DNA of 64,000 bases from a virus. Location: IMG/VR virus record IMGVR_UViG_3300049734_000491, positions 1-64,000 of that record. One strand, written 5' to 3'. Below the pieces are notes generated by a model. It saw only the letters and a list, made by a program, of their open reading frames with translations. It ran no database searches and was not told where the DNA came from. Of the stretch, positions 51,851 to 60,232 are shown in pieces. The position numbers and the translations under genes were made by a program. How positions within the stretch are numbered: the stretch's first letter is position 1; each line of letters opens with the position of its first letter.

Positions 51851-54085
51851 GTGGATGAGTTCGCAGAACGGCTGGCTGATCTGGCCAACTTGTCAGACGA
51901 AGACCTGTCCGCTCTCGAGCAGGAACTGGTCGCAGCGTTCCAGGCCGCTGACCAAGGCGGCGACGTGGACACGATGCAAGCACTGGCCGAAGCCATCGAC
52001 CAGGTCCGTGCGGAGGTGGCCAAGCGTCAGGGACAGGGTGGAGAGGCCCCCGCAGAGGGTGCCCCGCCCGCTCCCCCCGCTGCTCCGGTGCCGGCCAGTG
52101 GGACCCCCTCTCCCTCTCCCACACCCGAGGAGGCCCCCGTGACGGCTTCATCCGACGAGCCCACCCCGTCGACCCCGCCCCCGACCGAGGGCCCCACCGA
52201 GGAAGCTCCCGAGCCCTCGGCCCAGAAGCCCGACGAGCCGCCGGGTCAGTCCGACGACAAGCCCGGGGCCGACCCGGCCACACCTGCGACCCCCGCCGAT
52301 CCCGGCACCGACCCCGCCACTCCCGCAGAGCCGGCGACCCCGGCAACCCCGCCCGATCCCAACGCTCCCGAGCCGGAGGACCCGAGCACCAAGCCGGTCC
52401 CCGATCCGGATCCCAAGACGGACGAGACCTCCGATGCCGACTCCACCACCGAGTCGGACTCACCCCAGACCACCGACACGACCACCGACCCCGACACACA
52501 GACGGCCGCCGCCGATGAGACGGACGCCACCTCAACCTCACCATCCGACGAGTCGGCCAACCCGGCCGACCCCAACCCGACCGAGTCCGAGTCCGATCCC
52601 ACTCCAGAACAGGAGGCCGAGGTGGCCGCCGAGATCTCAACCGACATCCCCAGCGAAAACCAGCCCACCCAAGCCGTGGCGGCCAGCCCCCAGCCCCTCG
52701 TCCCGACCATTCGTGTCGGTGGCGACGTGCCGGGCTACACCGCCGGCGCAGAGCTGCCGAACTTCGAGGCCGCGATCGAGGCGATGACCGCCAAGGTCAA
52801 CAACCTCAGAGGCATCGGCGGTGACGGCGAGCACATCCTCGTCGCATCCATGCGGCACGAGCTCACCCAGGACGAGGATCACTTCCTCCGCCAGGGTGAC
52901 CCCGACGGCAACAGCCGCAAGATCCGCCAGCTCATCTCGGATCCCGAGAAGCTCACGCCCGAGGCACTTCTCGCCGCAGCGTGGTGCGCCCCCTCGGCCC
53001 CGATCTACGACGTGCCGACCATCGGCACGACGAACCGGCCGATCCGGGACGCCCTCCCCTCGTTCACCGCAGACCGTGGTTCCATCAACTGGATGAGCCC
53101 GCCGTCCCTGCCGAACGAGTTCAACCTGGTCGCCGGAGAAGGCGAGGACCGTCACAACGCCACCCACTCGGTGTGGACCGAGGGGGCAACCCCCGGCGTC
53201 AACGAGGCGCACGAGGCCTACCCGGTGGGCAACACCAACCCGACCGGAACCACGCCGGCGGGCCTCAAGCCCTGCTTCGACGTGCCGTGCGGGACCGAGC
53301 AGAACGCGGCGCTCGACGCGCTCACGATCTGCCTCTGCTTCGACAACCTGATGGCCCGTGCGTTCCCCGAGTGGATCCGGGCGAACACCGAGCTCACGAT
53401 GGTCGCCCAGGCCCGTTGGGCCGAGCAGTGGCTCATGCACCACCTGTGGTCGAACCTCCCCTCGGGCACCCCGTGCATCATCGGCACGCCCGACGTCGTG
53501 CTCGGTGCGGCCCGGGACTTCCTGACCACGGTGCGCCTCGCCGCCAGCCAGTTCCGGTGGCGGAACCGCATCGCCCCGAACGCGCCGCTGCAGCTCCTCG
53601 TGCCCTCCTGGCTCCATGACGCCATCGCCGATGACCTCACGATCCAGATCCCGGGTGACGACAAGATCTCGATCTCCAACGCCGAGATCGACGGCTACCT
53701 GTCCGACATCAACGTGCAGCCGATCTGGTACATCGACGACGTGCCCACCGGTGCCGGCGATGCGACCGCGGTGGCGGCCGGAGCCAACTTCGACTCCTAC
53801 TGCGGCTTCCCCGCCACGGCGGAGTGGTTGCTGTTCCCGACCGGGACGTTCATCCGCCTCGACGGCGGCTCGCTCGACCTCGGCGTCGTCCGGTCCAAGG
53901 AGGACATCCAGAGGAACAAGTACTGCGAGTTCTCGGAGACCTTCGAGGGCGTCGCGTACATGGGTCCGATGGACAAGGACTCCGCCGGCAGCTGGGTCGT
54001 GCGTGGCCAGACCAAGATCGAGATCCGTGGCGGCTTCGCCCCGGCGGTCCCGACCATCGCAGCCGGCGGCATCCTGGCTGAGTGA
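51851..54085 (+). CDS. Major capsid (hexamer) protein with a long N-terminal scaffold/linker
   Basis: GAGGAG RBS, P/T/D-rich linker, LLAAAWCAPS..YD, KPC, FPE, GTF..LDGGSLDLGVVR..N.Y..FSETFEG. Confidence 0.85.
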   Translation: MDEFAERLADLANLSDEDLSALEQELVAAFQAADQGGDVDTMQALAEAIDQVRAEVAKRQGQGGEAPAEGAPPAPPAAPVPASGTPSPSPTPEEAPVTASSDEPTPSTPPPTEGPTEEAPEPSAQKPDEPPGQSDDKPGADPATPATPADPGTDPATPAEPATPATPPDPNAPEPEDPSTKPVPDPDPKTDETSDADSTTESDSPQTTDTTTDPDTQTAAADETDATSTSPSDESANPADPNPTESESDPTPEQEAEVAAEISTDIPSENQPTQAVAASPQPLVPTIRVGGDVPGYTAGAELPNFEAAIEAMTAKVNNLRGIGGDGEHILVASMRHELTQDEDHFLRQGDPDGNSRKIRQLISDPEKLTPEALLAAAWCAPSAPIYDVPTIGTTNRPIRDALPSFTADRGSINWMSPPSLPNEFNLVAGEGEDRHNATHSVWTEGATPGVNEAHEAYPVGNTNPTGTTPAGLKPCFDVPCGTEQNAALDALTICLCFDNLMARAFPEWIRANTELTMVAQARWAEQWLMHHLWSNLPSGTPCIIGTPDVVLGAARDFLTTVRLAASQFRWRNRIAPNAPLQLLVPSWLHDAIADDLTIQIPGDDKISISNAEIDGYLSDINVQPIWYIDDVPTGAGDATAVAAGANFDSYCGFPATAEWLLFPTGTFIRLDGGSLDLGVVRSKEDIQRNKYCEFSETFEGVAYMGPMDKDSAGSWVVRGQTKIEIRGGFAPAVPTIAAGGILAE

Positions 54086-54211
54086 TCTCAGGAGGTGGTG
54101 CTCCCCCTGCTCTCGGCTCGCCGGGGGAGCACACACCCCAACAACCCACTCCGCCACCCCGCCCCGACCCCGCCCCATCCAGACCCGCAGTAGCACCAGA
54201 AAGGACATACC

Positions 54212-55096
54212 ATGGCCTACCGCGACATGGCGTCAAGCGTTCAGGGTCGTCTCATCCGAGTCACGCCCCTCACCGTCGATGGCGCGGTGGACGAGACCAA
54301 GCCGGTGTGGATCTCGAATGGGTTCATCACGGCCACGTTCTCACCCGAGTTCGAGGACGGCGACGAGATCACCGAGAAGGCAGCCGACGGCTCGGTCTGC
54401 ATCTCCTACAAGGCACCCGACTCCTTCAAGCGACTGAACTTCAACCTGTCCCTGTGCTCACCGGACCCGGAGTCGGCCGCGGTGCTGGCGGGCGGTCTGC
54501 TCATCGAGGGCGGAGCCGGCTGCGACACCAGCGAGGGTCAGGTCATCGGCTACTCGTCCCCGCCCGTCGGTGACGCCGGTGAGAACCCGGTGGCGATCGA
54601 GGTGTGGTCCACGGCCAACATCGGCGGTCGACCCGCAGCGGGTCAGCCGTGGTTCCACTGGGTCTTCCCGTACGTGAAGGTGCGGTACACCGGAGATCGT
54701 GAGTTCGGCAACGCAGCGCTCTCCAACGAGTTCGAGGGTCAGGGACTCGGCAACGTGGCCCTCGCCGACACCGGGCTGTATCCCAAGGACACCATGAACG
54801 AGACCGGCGCCTTCCCCCGTGAGCAGGAGGAGGACTGGGTCACCTACCGAGCTGCGCTCATGAACCCGTTCTCCTACGTGCGGTCGTGTGACAACCTCAC
54901 CGACGAGTACGGGGCGGACTACGTCGAGCGTGGGTTCCACTTCTTCAACACCGGCCAGCCGGGCGTCGTGCCGTGGCCTCCGGCCCAGGTCATCAGCCCG
55001 AACGAGACCATGGACGAGTCGGGCCGCCCGACCGTGCCGGCCCCGAGCCCAGCCACCTCTGTCGAAGCGGGCTTCCCCGGCACCTGGACCAACTGA
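54212..55096 (+). CDS. Major tail protein
   Basis: QGRLIRVT.L..DG, GFITATFSPEFEDGDEI.EKAADGSVC, FKRL...LCSPDPE, EVWS, W.FPY. Confidence 0.8.
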   Translation: MAYRDMASSVQGRLIRVTPLTVDGAVDETKPVWISNGFITATFSPEFEDGDEITEKAADGSVCISYKAPDSFKRLNFNLSLCSPDPESAAVLAGGLLIEGGAGCDTSEGQVIGYSSPPVGDAGENPVAIEVWSTANIGGRPAAGQPWFHWVFPYVKVRYTGDREFGNAALSNEFEGQGLGNVALADTGLYPKDTMNETGAFPREQEEDWVTYRAALMNPFSYVRSCDNLTDEYGADYVERGFHFFNTGQPGVVPWPPAQVISPNETMDESGRPTVPAPSPATSVEAGFPGTWTN

Positions 55097-55111
55097 CCGC
55101 AGGAGCGCATC

Positions 55112-55777
55112 ATGGCCGTGGCCAAGACACCAGCAACCCTCGACGAGGCCAACAACCTCGAGGACTTCATCCCGCCCACCGAGCCCTGGCCCGCCGGGGC
55201 GTGGGTCATGATCGGCGGTGGCACGACGGGCCAGCCGGAGCGGGAGATCTTCTGGAGCGATTCCGCAGGTCAGTTCGACTACGGCTTCGCCCCAGACACC
55301 TCCGGCGGCAACGACATCACCGAGGACATCCTCGGCGATGCCGACGACCTGCCCAACACCCTCACCGCCCTCAAGACCGATCCCAACTACGGGGACGGTC
55401 GGCTGTCCACGGTCGATGTCAACAAGTTCACGACGGGGAAGTACGTGCAACTCGACACGGGGCAGGCCTACTACGACTCGGGCCAGTCGGGCACGCCCCC
55501 GGTCGGGACCGGCGTCTGGCAGACGGGGGCCTCACCGGGCGAGCCGGTGGAGAAGGTCACCGGCGTGCAGACCGGGACCCCCGGCAAGTGGCTCCCCGAC
55601 GGCGTCACCCCACCGGAGACCCTCACCTACGCCAACGCCCTCGCGGACGGCTCACCCGCCAACGGCTTCAGCAAACCCGGTGTCACCCCTTGGGCGGCGG
55701 GTGAGCACGTGTTCCTCAAGGGCGGTGTCCAGGACGTCACCTGGGACGGGACCGACTTCGTCGACGTCACTCCCTGA
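55112..55777 (+). CDS. Virion decoration/accessory protein with WDG-type repeats
   Basis: Repeated PxxL..W..G..V.L..G....WDG module. Confidence 0.6.
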   Translation: MAVAKTPATLDEANNLEDFIPPTEPWPAGAWVMIGGGTTGQPEREIFWSDSAGQFDYGFAPDTSGGNDITEDILGDADDLPNTLTALKTDPNYGDGRLSTVDVNKFTTGKYVQLDTGQAYYDSGQSGTPPVGTGVWQTGASPGEPVEKVTGVQTGTPGKWLPDGVTPPETLTYANALADGSPANGFSKPGVTPWAAGEHVFLKGGVQDVTWDGTDFVDVTP

Positions 55778-55833
55778 TCCGCCCCTCCTCCACCCCACCC
55801 CACCCGCCCAAAGCGGAAAGGAGGGCGGGAACC

Positions 55834-56397
55834 ATGGTCCATCCCGCCCTCTACCTCACCGACGTCCAGACGGGTCGGTCCGTGATCCCTCCGTGGCCGG
55901 GACCACCCGCCATCGGTGCCGAGCCCCCGCACCCCGATCCCCTGGTCACCCCCCACTCGTACCTGGACCCCTACATCGCGGACGAGCCCTACCCGTACAC
56001 GGAGTTCGTGGACTGGGGGTCACGGATCACGGCACTGGTCATCCCTGCACCTGACCCGCCCGTTCTGCACTCCTGGGGTCTCGGGCCGTCCTGTGGTGGG
56101 CTGGCCGCCCTGCAACCCCGCCACCTCGGCGGCGGTCTGTACGACTGGGTGATCGGGACGGACCCGGACATTGCACCGTGCCACAGCGCAGCCATCGCCG
56201 AGTGCTGGCTGACGATCCCGGACCTGTACCTGGATCCGCCTCCCGACTTCGGGCGCCACGAGTCGGTCCACACCTCGAGGGCCGACATCGCCTACCACGT
56301 TCCCCTCCCAGCACGGCTGGCGTGCGTGTACTCGGCCCCGCCCCGGTTGACCTCCGCCATCACGTTCAACCCCTACACCAACTCATCGGGCCCATGA
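55834..56397 (+). CDS. Pro-rich hypothetical protein
   Basis: GGAGG RBS; ATGA-coupled to the next gene. Confidence 0.55.
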   Translation: MVHPALYLTDVQTGRSVIPPWPGPPAIGAEPPHPDPLVTPHSYLDPYIADEPYPYTEFVDWGSRITALVIPAPDPPVLHSWGLGPSCGGLAALQPRHLGGGLYDWVIGTDPDIAPCHSAAIAECWLTIPDLYLDPPPDFGRHESVHTSRADIAYHVPLPARLACVYSAPPRLTSAITFNPYTNSSGP

Positions 56398-57890
56398 GTC
56401 CTCCCGGCAATCCCTTCGACGATCCGGCTCCCATCCCAAACCCCGACGTCCACCAGCCGGTGTGGCCGCCCGAGCAGACCCGCCAGCCGACCCTGCCCGA
56501 CGGCACGCCCATCCATCCGTTGCCGCCCGGCGTCTCGGTCCGGGGCCGGGCCACCCCGCCCCTGAACCTGGCTGCAGCCAACGACCTGTTGCACAGCCTC
56601 AGCTTCCAGCGGCCCCTGCACGCCTGGCCGGCCGATGCGTGGGTCCAACTGCTGGACGGGACGAGCGTGCGATGGGATCACGACCAGCAGCAGTTCGTGC
56701 CCTTCTACCCGCCGATCCCCTACACCGAGCCGGACACCGCCCTCGATCCCGGGGTCCATTCCGACCCCCGCAACCCCACCCCCACCGCGACCCCGGACTT
56801 CATCGACATCACGCTCAAGATCTTCGGGCGGCTCCCGATCTCCTACAACCTCGAAGAGCTCCGGAACGACCGCTACATCGGAAATCGCATGTTGACGGGG
56901 ACGTTCCAGCACCGGGAGCACGTCGCCCTCCTCGACGGGACCTACGCCTACTACGACGGTTCCCGCTGGGAGTTCGGGCCCGCCCCTCCGGCGCCCGCAG
57001 GTACCACCTCCCCCCAACCCCTGCGGGACTACGCCTACCACCTCAACCCTGCGATCGCGGACGCCAAGCCCCAACTCGCGCCCCGGGCGAACAAACCGTT
57101 CATCGCAGCGCCCCAGCCCTTCCCCCTGCCGTCACTCCCCGAACCACCCACCGAACCGCCTCCCTCTGGGCCGTCCTTCTCCTACGAGCTGGTCCCCCAC
57201 ACCTCGGTCGACGGGATCACGACGTCGGTCACCCTGGTCCTGCCCGGGGACTACCCGCTCGGCTCGTACGTGTTCGTCATCTCGGCGGTGCACACGATCT
57301 CGGCGGTGACGGTCACGGCCTCGGGGGACCTCCCCCTCGGCCAGATCACCAGCGGCTACGCAGACCAGGGCGACATGAAGGTCTCCTGCTTCCGGGCCCA
57401 ACTGACGACAGCCGCTGCGTTGAACCCGGTCGTGACGCTGACAGCGGATGCCTCGGTCGGGCCGTGGGCGACGTTGGTGCTCACCTACGTTCCGGACCCC
57501 ATCACCTCTGCCAGCCAGAACCTGCACGACATCAACACGTACAACTACGCGGCGCTGCCCGACATCGGCCTCACCGTGCCGGCCGATGAGCCTTCCTTGG
57601 GCTCGGGCGAGGACTACGTGTACCTCGGGTTCCATGCGACGAACAACACCGCACGGACGGTGACGCCCTCGCTCGGGTGGATCACGGGCGGGACGGTCGC
57701 ATCCACCGAGGCGGCGGACAACGTCGGGATCACGTGGCAGCACCGCCACGGGCAGGGCGAGCCGGTCCGGCCCGACGCAGCCACCGATGCCCCGGGTGAT
57801 TGGTGGATCTCCTTCGCCCACGCCATCTTCGTGGCGGAGCCGTCTACCGCCATCACGCCAGCCACACCAACCCCCGAGGACCCAGGATGA
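56394..57890 (+). CDS. Structural/accessory protein
   Basis: Two WDG-type modules followed by a beta-rich C-terminal domain. Confidence 0.6.
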   Translation: MSPPGNPFDDPAPIPNPDVHQPVWPPEQTRQPTLPDGTPIHPLPPGVSVRGRATPPLNLAAANDLLHSLSFQRPLHAWPADAWVQLLDGTSVRWDHDQQQFVPFYPPIPYTEPDTALDPGVHSDPRNPTPTATPDFIDITLKIFGRLPISYNLEELRNDRYIGNRMLTGTFQHREHVALLDGTYAYYDGSRWEFGPAPPAPAGTTSPQPLRDYAYHLNPAIADAKPQLAPRANKPFIAAPQPFPLPSLPEPPTEPPPSGPSFSYELVPHTSVDGITTSVTLVLPGDYPLGSYVFVISAVHTISAVTVTASGDLPLGQITSGYADQGDMKVSCFRAQLTTAAALNPVVTLTADASVGPWATLVLTYVPDPITSASQNLHDINTYNYAALPDIGLTVPADEPSLGSGEDYVYLGFHATNNTARTVTPSLGWITGGTVASTEAADNVGITWQHRHGQGEPVRPDAATDAPGDWWISFAHAIFVAEPSTAITPATPTPEDPG

Positions 57891-58660
57891 CTGCACCGTT
57901 CCGCTCCAAGGAAGACTTCATCGAGGATGGTGACTGGCTCGGAGGCGGCGAGGACTACAGCAACTACACGGGTCCCGTCACTCCCGGCAAGCCCGGCAGC
58001 TATTCCTCCACACCCCCCGCCCTCGGCGAGATCACCGACCCCGGTGAGTTCAACAACCACCCCATCTACGGCGCTGCCGCCATGGCGGTTGACCCAGCCT
58101 GGCCGACCGACACGTGGGTGTTCACCTCGGCAGGCTCACCCGACGACTTCTGCTGGCTGTGGGATGGATCCACTTGGGTGACGCTCTTCATCGAGCCGGG
58201 AGAGCCCGGAACATGGAGCGTGCGCCCAGCACCAGCCAACCTGAGCGCACTCCGGTCTGATCCGGTGTACGGAACCGCCCAGTCAACGAAGTTGGCTGCC
58301 CTTGGCTGGGAGTTCAACCTCGGTGATTGGATGGTCCTCGGTGACAGCTCCCAATGCCACTGGGACGGTGACTCGTGGGAGGCCGGTCCGTACTACGGGA
58401 CCGGTCCGTGGATTTTCAGCCTTGTCCCGGACCGCATCGAGTTCGACGGAGGACCACGCACGATCACGATCAACGGACAGAACTTCACTCCGGCCAGCAC
58501 GATCACACTCTCGAGCAACGCTCATCCGAGCACCTACGTGAATCCCACCACCATCACGTTCGTCTTCGATCCGGGCGGCGTTCTCGCGACCCTCGGGGTC
58601 GAGGTGCACGACGGCGGGAACACATCGAACGGCATCAACCTCATCGTGCAGGATTCATAA
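57887..58660 (+). CDS. Accessory protein: WDG-type modules plus an IPT/TIG Ig-like domain
   Basis: ITINGQNF...TYVNPTTITF. Confidence 0.65.
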   Translation: MTAPFRSKEDFIEDGDWLGGGEDYSNYTGPVTPGKPGSYSSTPPALGEITDPGEFNNHPIYGAAAMAVDPAWPTDTWVFTSAGSPDDFCWLWDGSTWVTLFIEPGEPGTWSVRPAPANLSALRSDPVYGTAQSTKLAALGWEFNLGDWMVLGDSSQCHWDGDSWEAGPYYGTGPWIFSLVPDRIEFDGGPRTITINGQNFTPASTITLSSNAHPSTYVNPTTITFVFDPGGVLATLGVEVHDGGNTSNGINLIVQDS

Positions 58661-58704
58661 CCCCACCGGCACACCACACCCGCCCCTACCCCAAAGGACC
58701 CGTA

Positions 58705-59193
58705 ATGCCATCAACATTCGTCTCCAAGGAGAACTTCGTCGAGAACGACGACTGGCTCGAGGGACCGGCCGGTGCGGCCGACGACCCCAAGATCACCGGC
58801 GTCACGCCGACCGGGCTCACCGTCGCCTCACCCTCCACGCTCATGACCGTGACGGGCACCGAGTTCATCTCGGGCTCGGTGATCGAGATCGCCCAGCAAG
58901 CCCGTGCCACGACGTTCGTGAACGCCACCACCCTGACCTGCCAGTGGGATCCCCAGGTTGCCGCCACCGTCAACTTCACCGTGCGGAACCCCAACCAAGA
59001 GGAGTCCAATTCCTGGCCGTACACGGTGGGGGCACTCGCTGCCGCCGACGTGTCGGGCATGTCGATCGACGAGGTGAAGGACTACGTCCGGAACAACCCG
59101 GACCAACTCTCCGAGGTGGCCCAGTTCGAGCGCAACGGCCAGAACCGCCCAGAACTGGTCGCTTGGCTGCAGGCCCTCCTCGACGAGGAGTGA
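58705..59193 (+). CDS. IPT/TIG Ig-like domain protein with a helical C-terminal motif
   Basis: PKITGVTP..MTVTGTEF..TTFVNATTLT; N-terminus (F.SKE.F.E..DWL) shared with the previous gene. Confidence 0.7.
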   Translation: MPSTFVSKENFVENDDWLEGPAGAADDPKITGVTPTGLTVASPSTLMTVTGTEFISGSVIEIAQQARATTFVNATTLTCQWDPQVAATVNFTVRNPNQEESNSWPYTVGALAAADVSGMSIDEVKDYVRNNPDQLSEVAQFERNGQNRPELVAWLQALLDEE

Positions 59194-59257
59194 TCCAAGG
59201 AGCCTCAGCACCCCCCAAGTACGCTGAAGAAACCTGAGCTAACCAAAGGAGCTCACC

Positions 59258-59458
59258 ATGGTTGCAACAATCTGGAGCGGAGCCGCCAACGCCAGCGACT
59301 GGTTCTTCCTGATCGCGACGATCCTGGCTGGACTCGCAGCCATCCTCCACCTACTGCCGGCACCGACCACGACATCACCGGCGGCGAAGTTGCCGTGGAC
59401 GTCGTTTCTCGTGGCGGCTGCCATCGCGTTGGTCGCTCTCGGCCTGCTGGCCATCTGA
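59258..59458 (+). CDS. Two-TM membrane protein (holin-like size)
   Basis: AAGGAG RBS; two hydrophobic helices. Confidence 0.6.
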   Translation: MVATIWSGAANASDWFFLIATILAGLAAILHLLPAPTTTSPAAKLPWTSFLVAAAIALVALGLLAI

Positions 59459-59461
59459 TCC

Positions 59462-60232
59462 ATGCCCCGCGTCGTCCTCCCCGAGATCCACAGAGAAGTC
59501 TGGGCCGATCCGGCCACCTTCGCCGAGGCGAACGCCATCTCGGTGGAGGACGCGTGGTACATGCTGTCCGAGGCAACCTGGCTGCTCAGCACCCTCACCG
59601 ACGGCCGGGTGCACGGAGGCGGTTGGTGGGAGGACCGCATCCGGATCACGCCGGGCACCTGTGATGTGGCCCTCGCACATGGGCCGGTGATCGCCGTCAG
59701 CCAGGTTGTGCGGACCCATCACTGCGGCTGCGACCAAGAAGTCCTCGACGACTTCTGCATCATCGACGATCGCACCCTCCGCTTCTGCTGCGGCGGCCCG
59801 TGCCAAGGTCTCTTCCGAGGCTGCTGCGATGACTGGAACGTGATCGTCCGGTACCAGCAGGCCCCGTGCCTCCCGCCCGGGAGCCAGGCTGCGGTGATCG
59901 CACTCGCCAACGAGTACGTCAACGCCGTGACCGGCAAGCCGTGCAAGCTCCCCGAGCGGATCAACAACGTGACCCGCCAAGGAGTCAGCTGGACGATCAT
60001 GGACCCCCAGACCTTCCTGAAGGAGGGCTTCACCGGCATCGGGGTCATCGACCACTGGTTGCAGGCCGCCAAGTTGGCCTGCCCCGACCAGCTCCGGATC
60101 ACCGACGTCCTCAAGGGGGTTGTGATCTCCTCCACACCGCTCGACGTCGAGCCGGCCCCGTTCCTCGGCACTGCCTTCTCGTTCGGGTTCGACGTTCCCG
60201 ACGACCACCAACCCGACACGGAGCCGTGCTGA
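59462..60232 (+). CDS. Head-to-tail adaptor
   Basis: A.WLL..LT.GR, CKLPERINNVTRQGVSW, GFTGIGVIDHWL. Confidence 0.75.
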   Translation: MPRVVLPEIHREVWADPATFAEANAISVEDAWYMLSEATWLLSTLTDGRVHGGGWWEDRIRITPGTCDVALAHGPVIAVSQVVRTHHCGCDQEVLDDFCIIDDRTLRFCCGGPCQGLFRGCCDDWNVIVRYQQAPCLPPGSQAAVIALANEYVNAVTGKPCKLPERINNVTRQGVSWTIMDPQTFLKEGFTGIGVIDHWLQAAKLACPDQLRITDVLKGVVISSTPLDVEPAPFLGTAFSFGFDVPDDHQPDTEPC

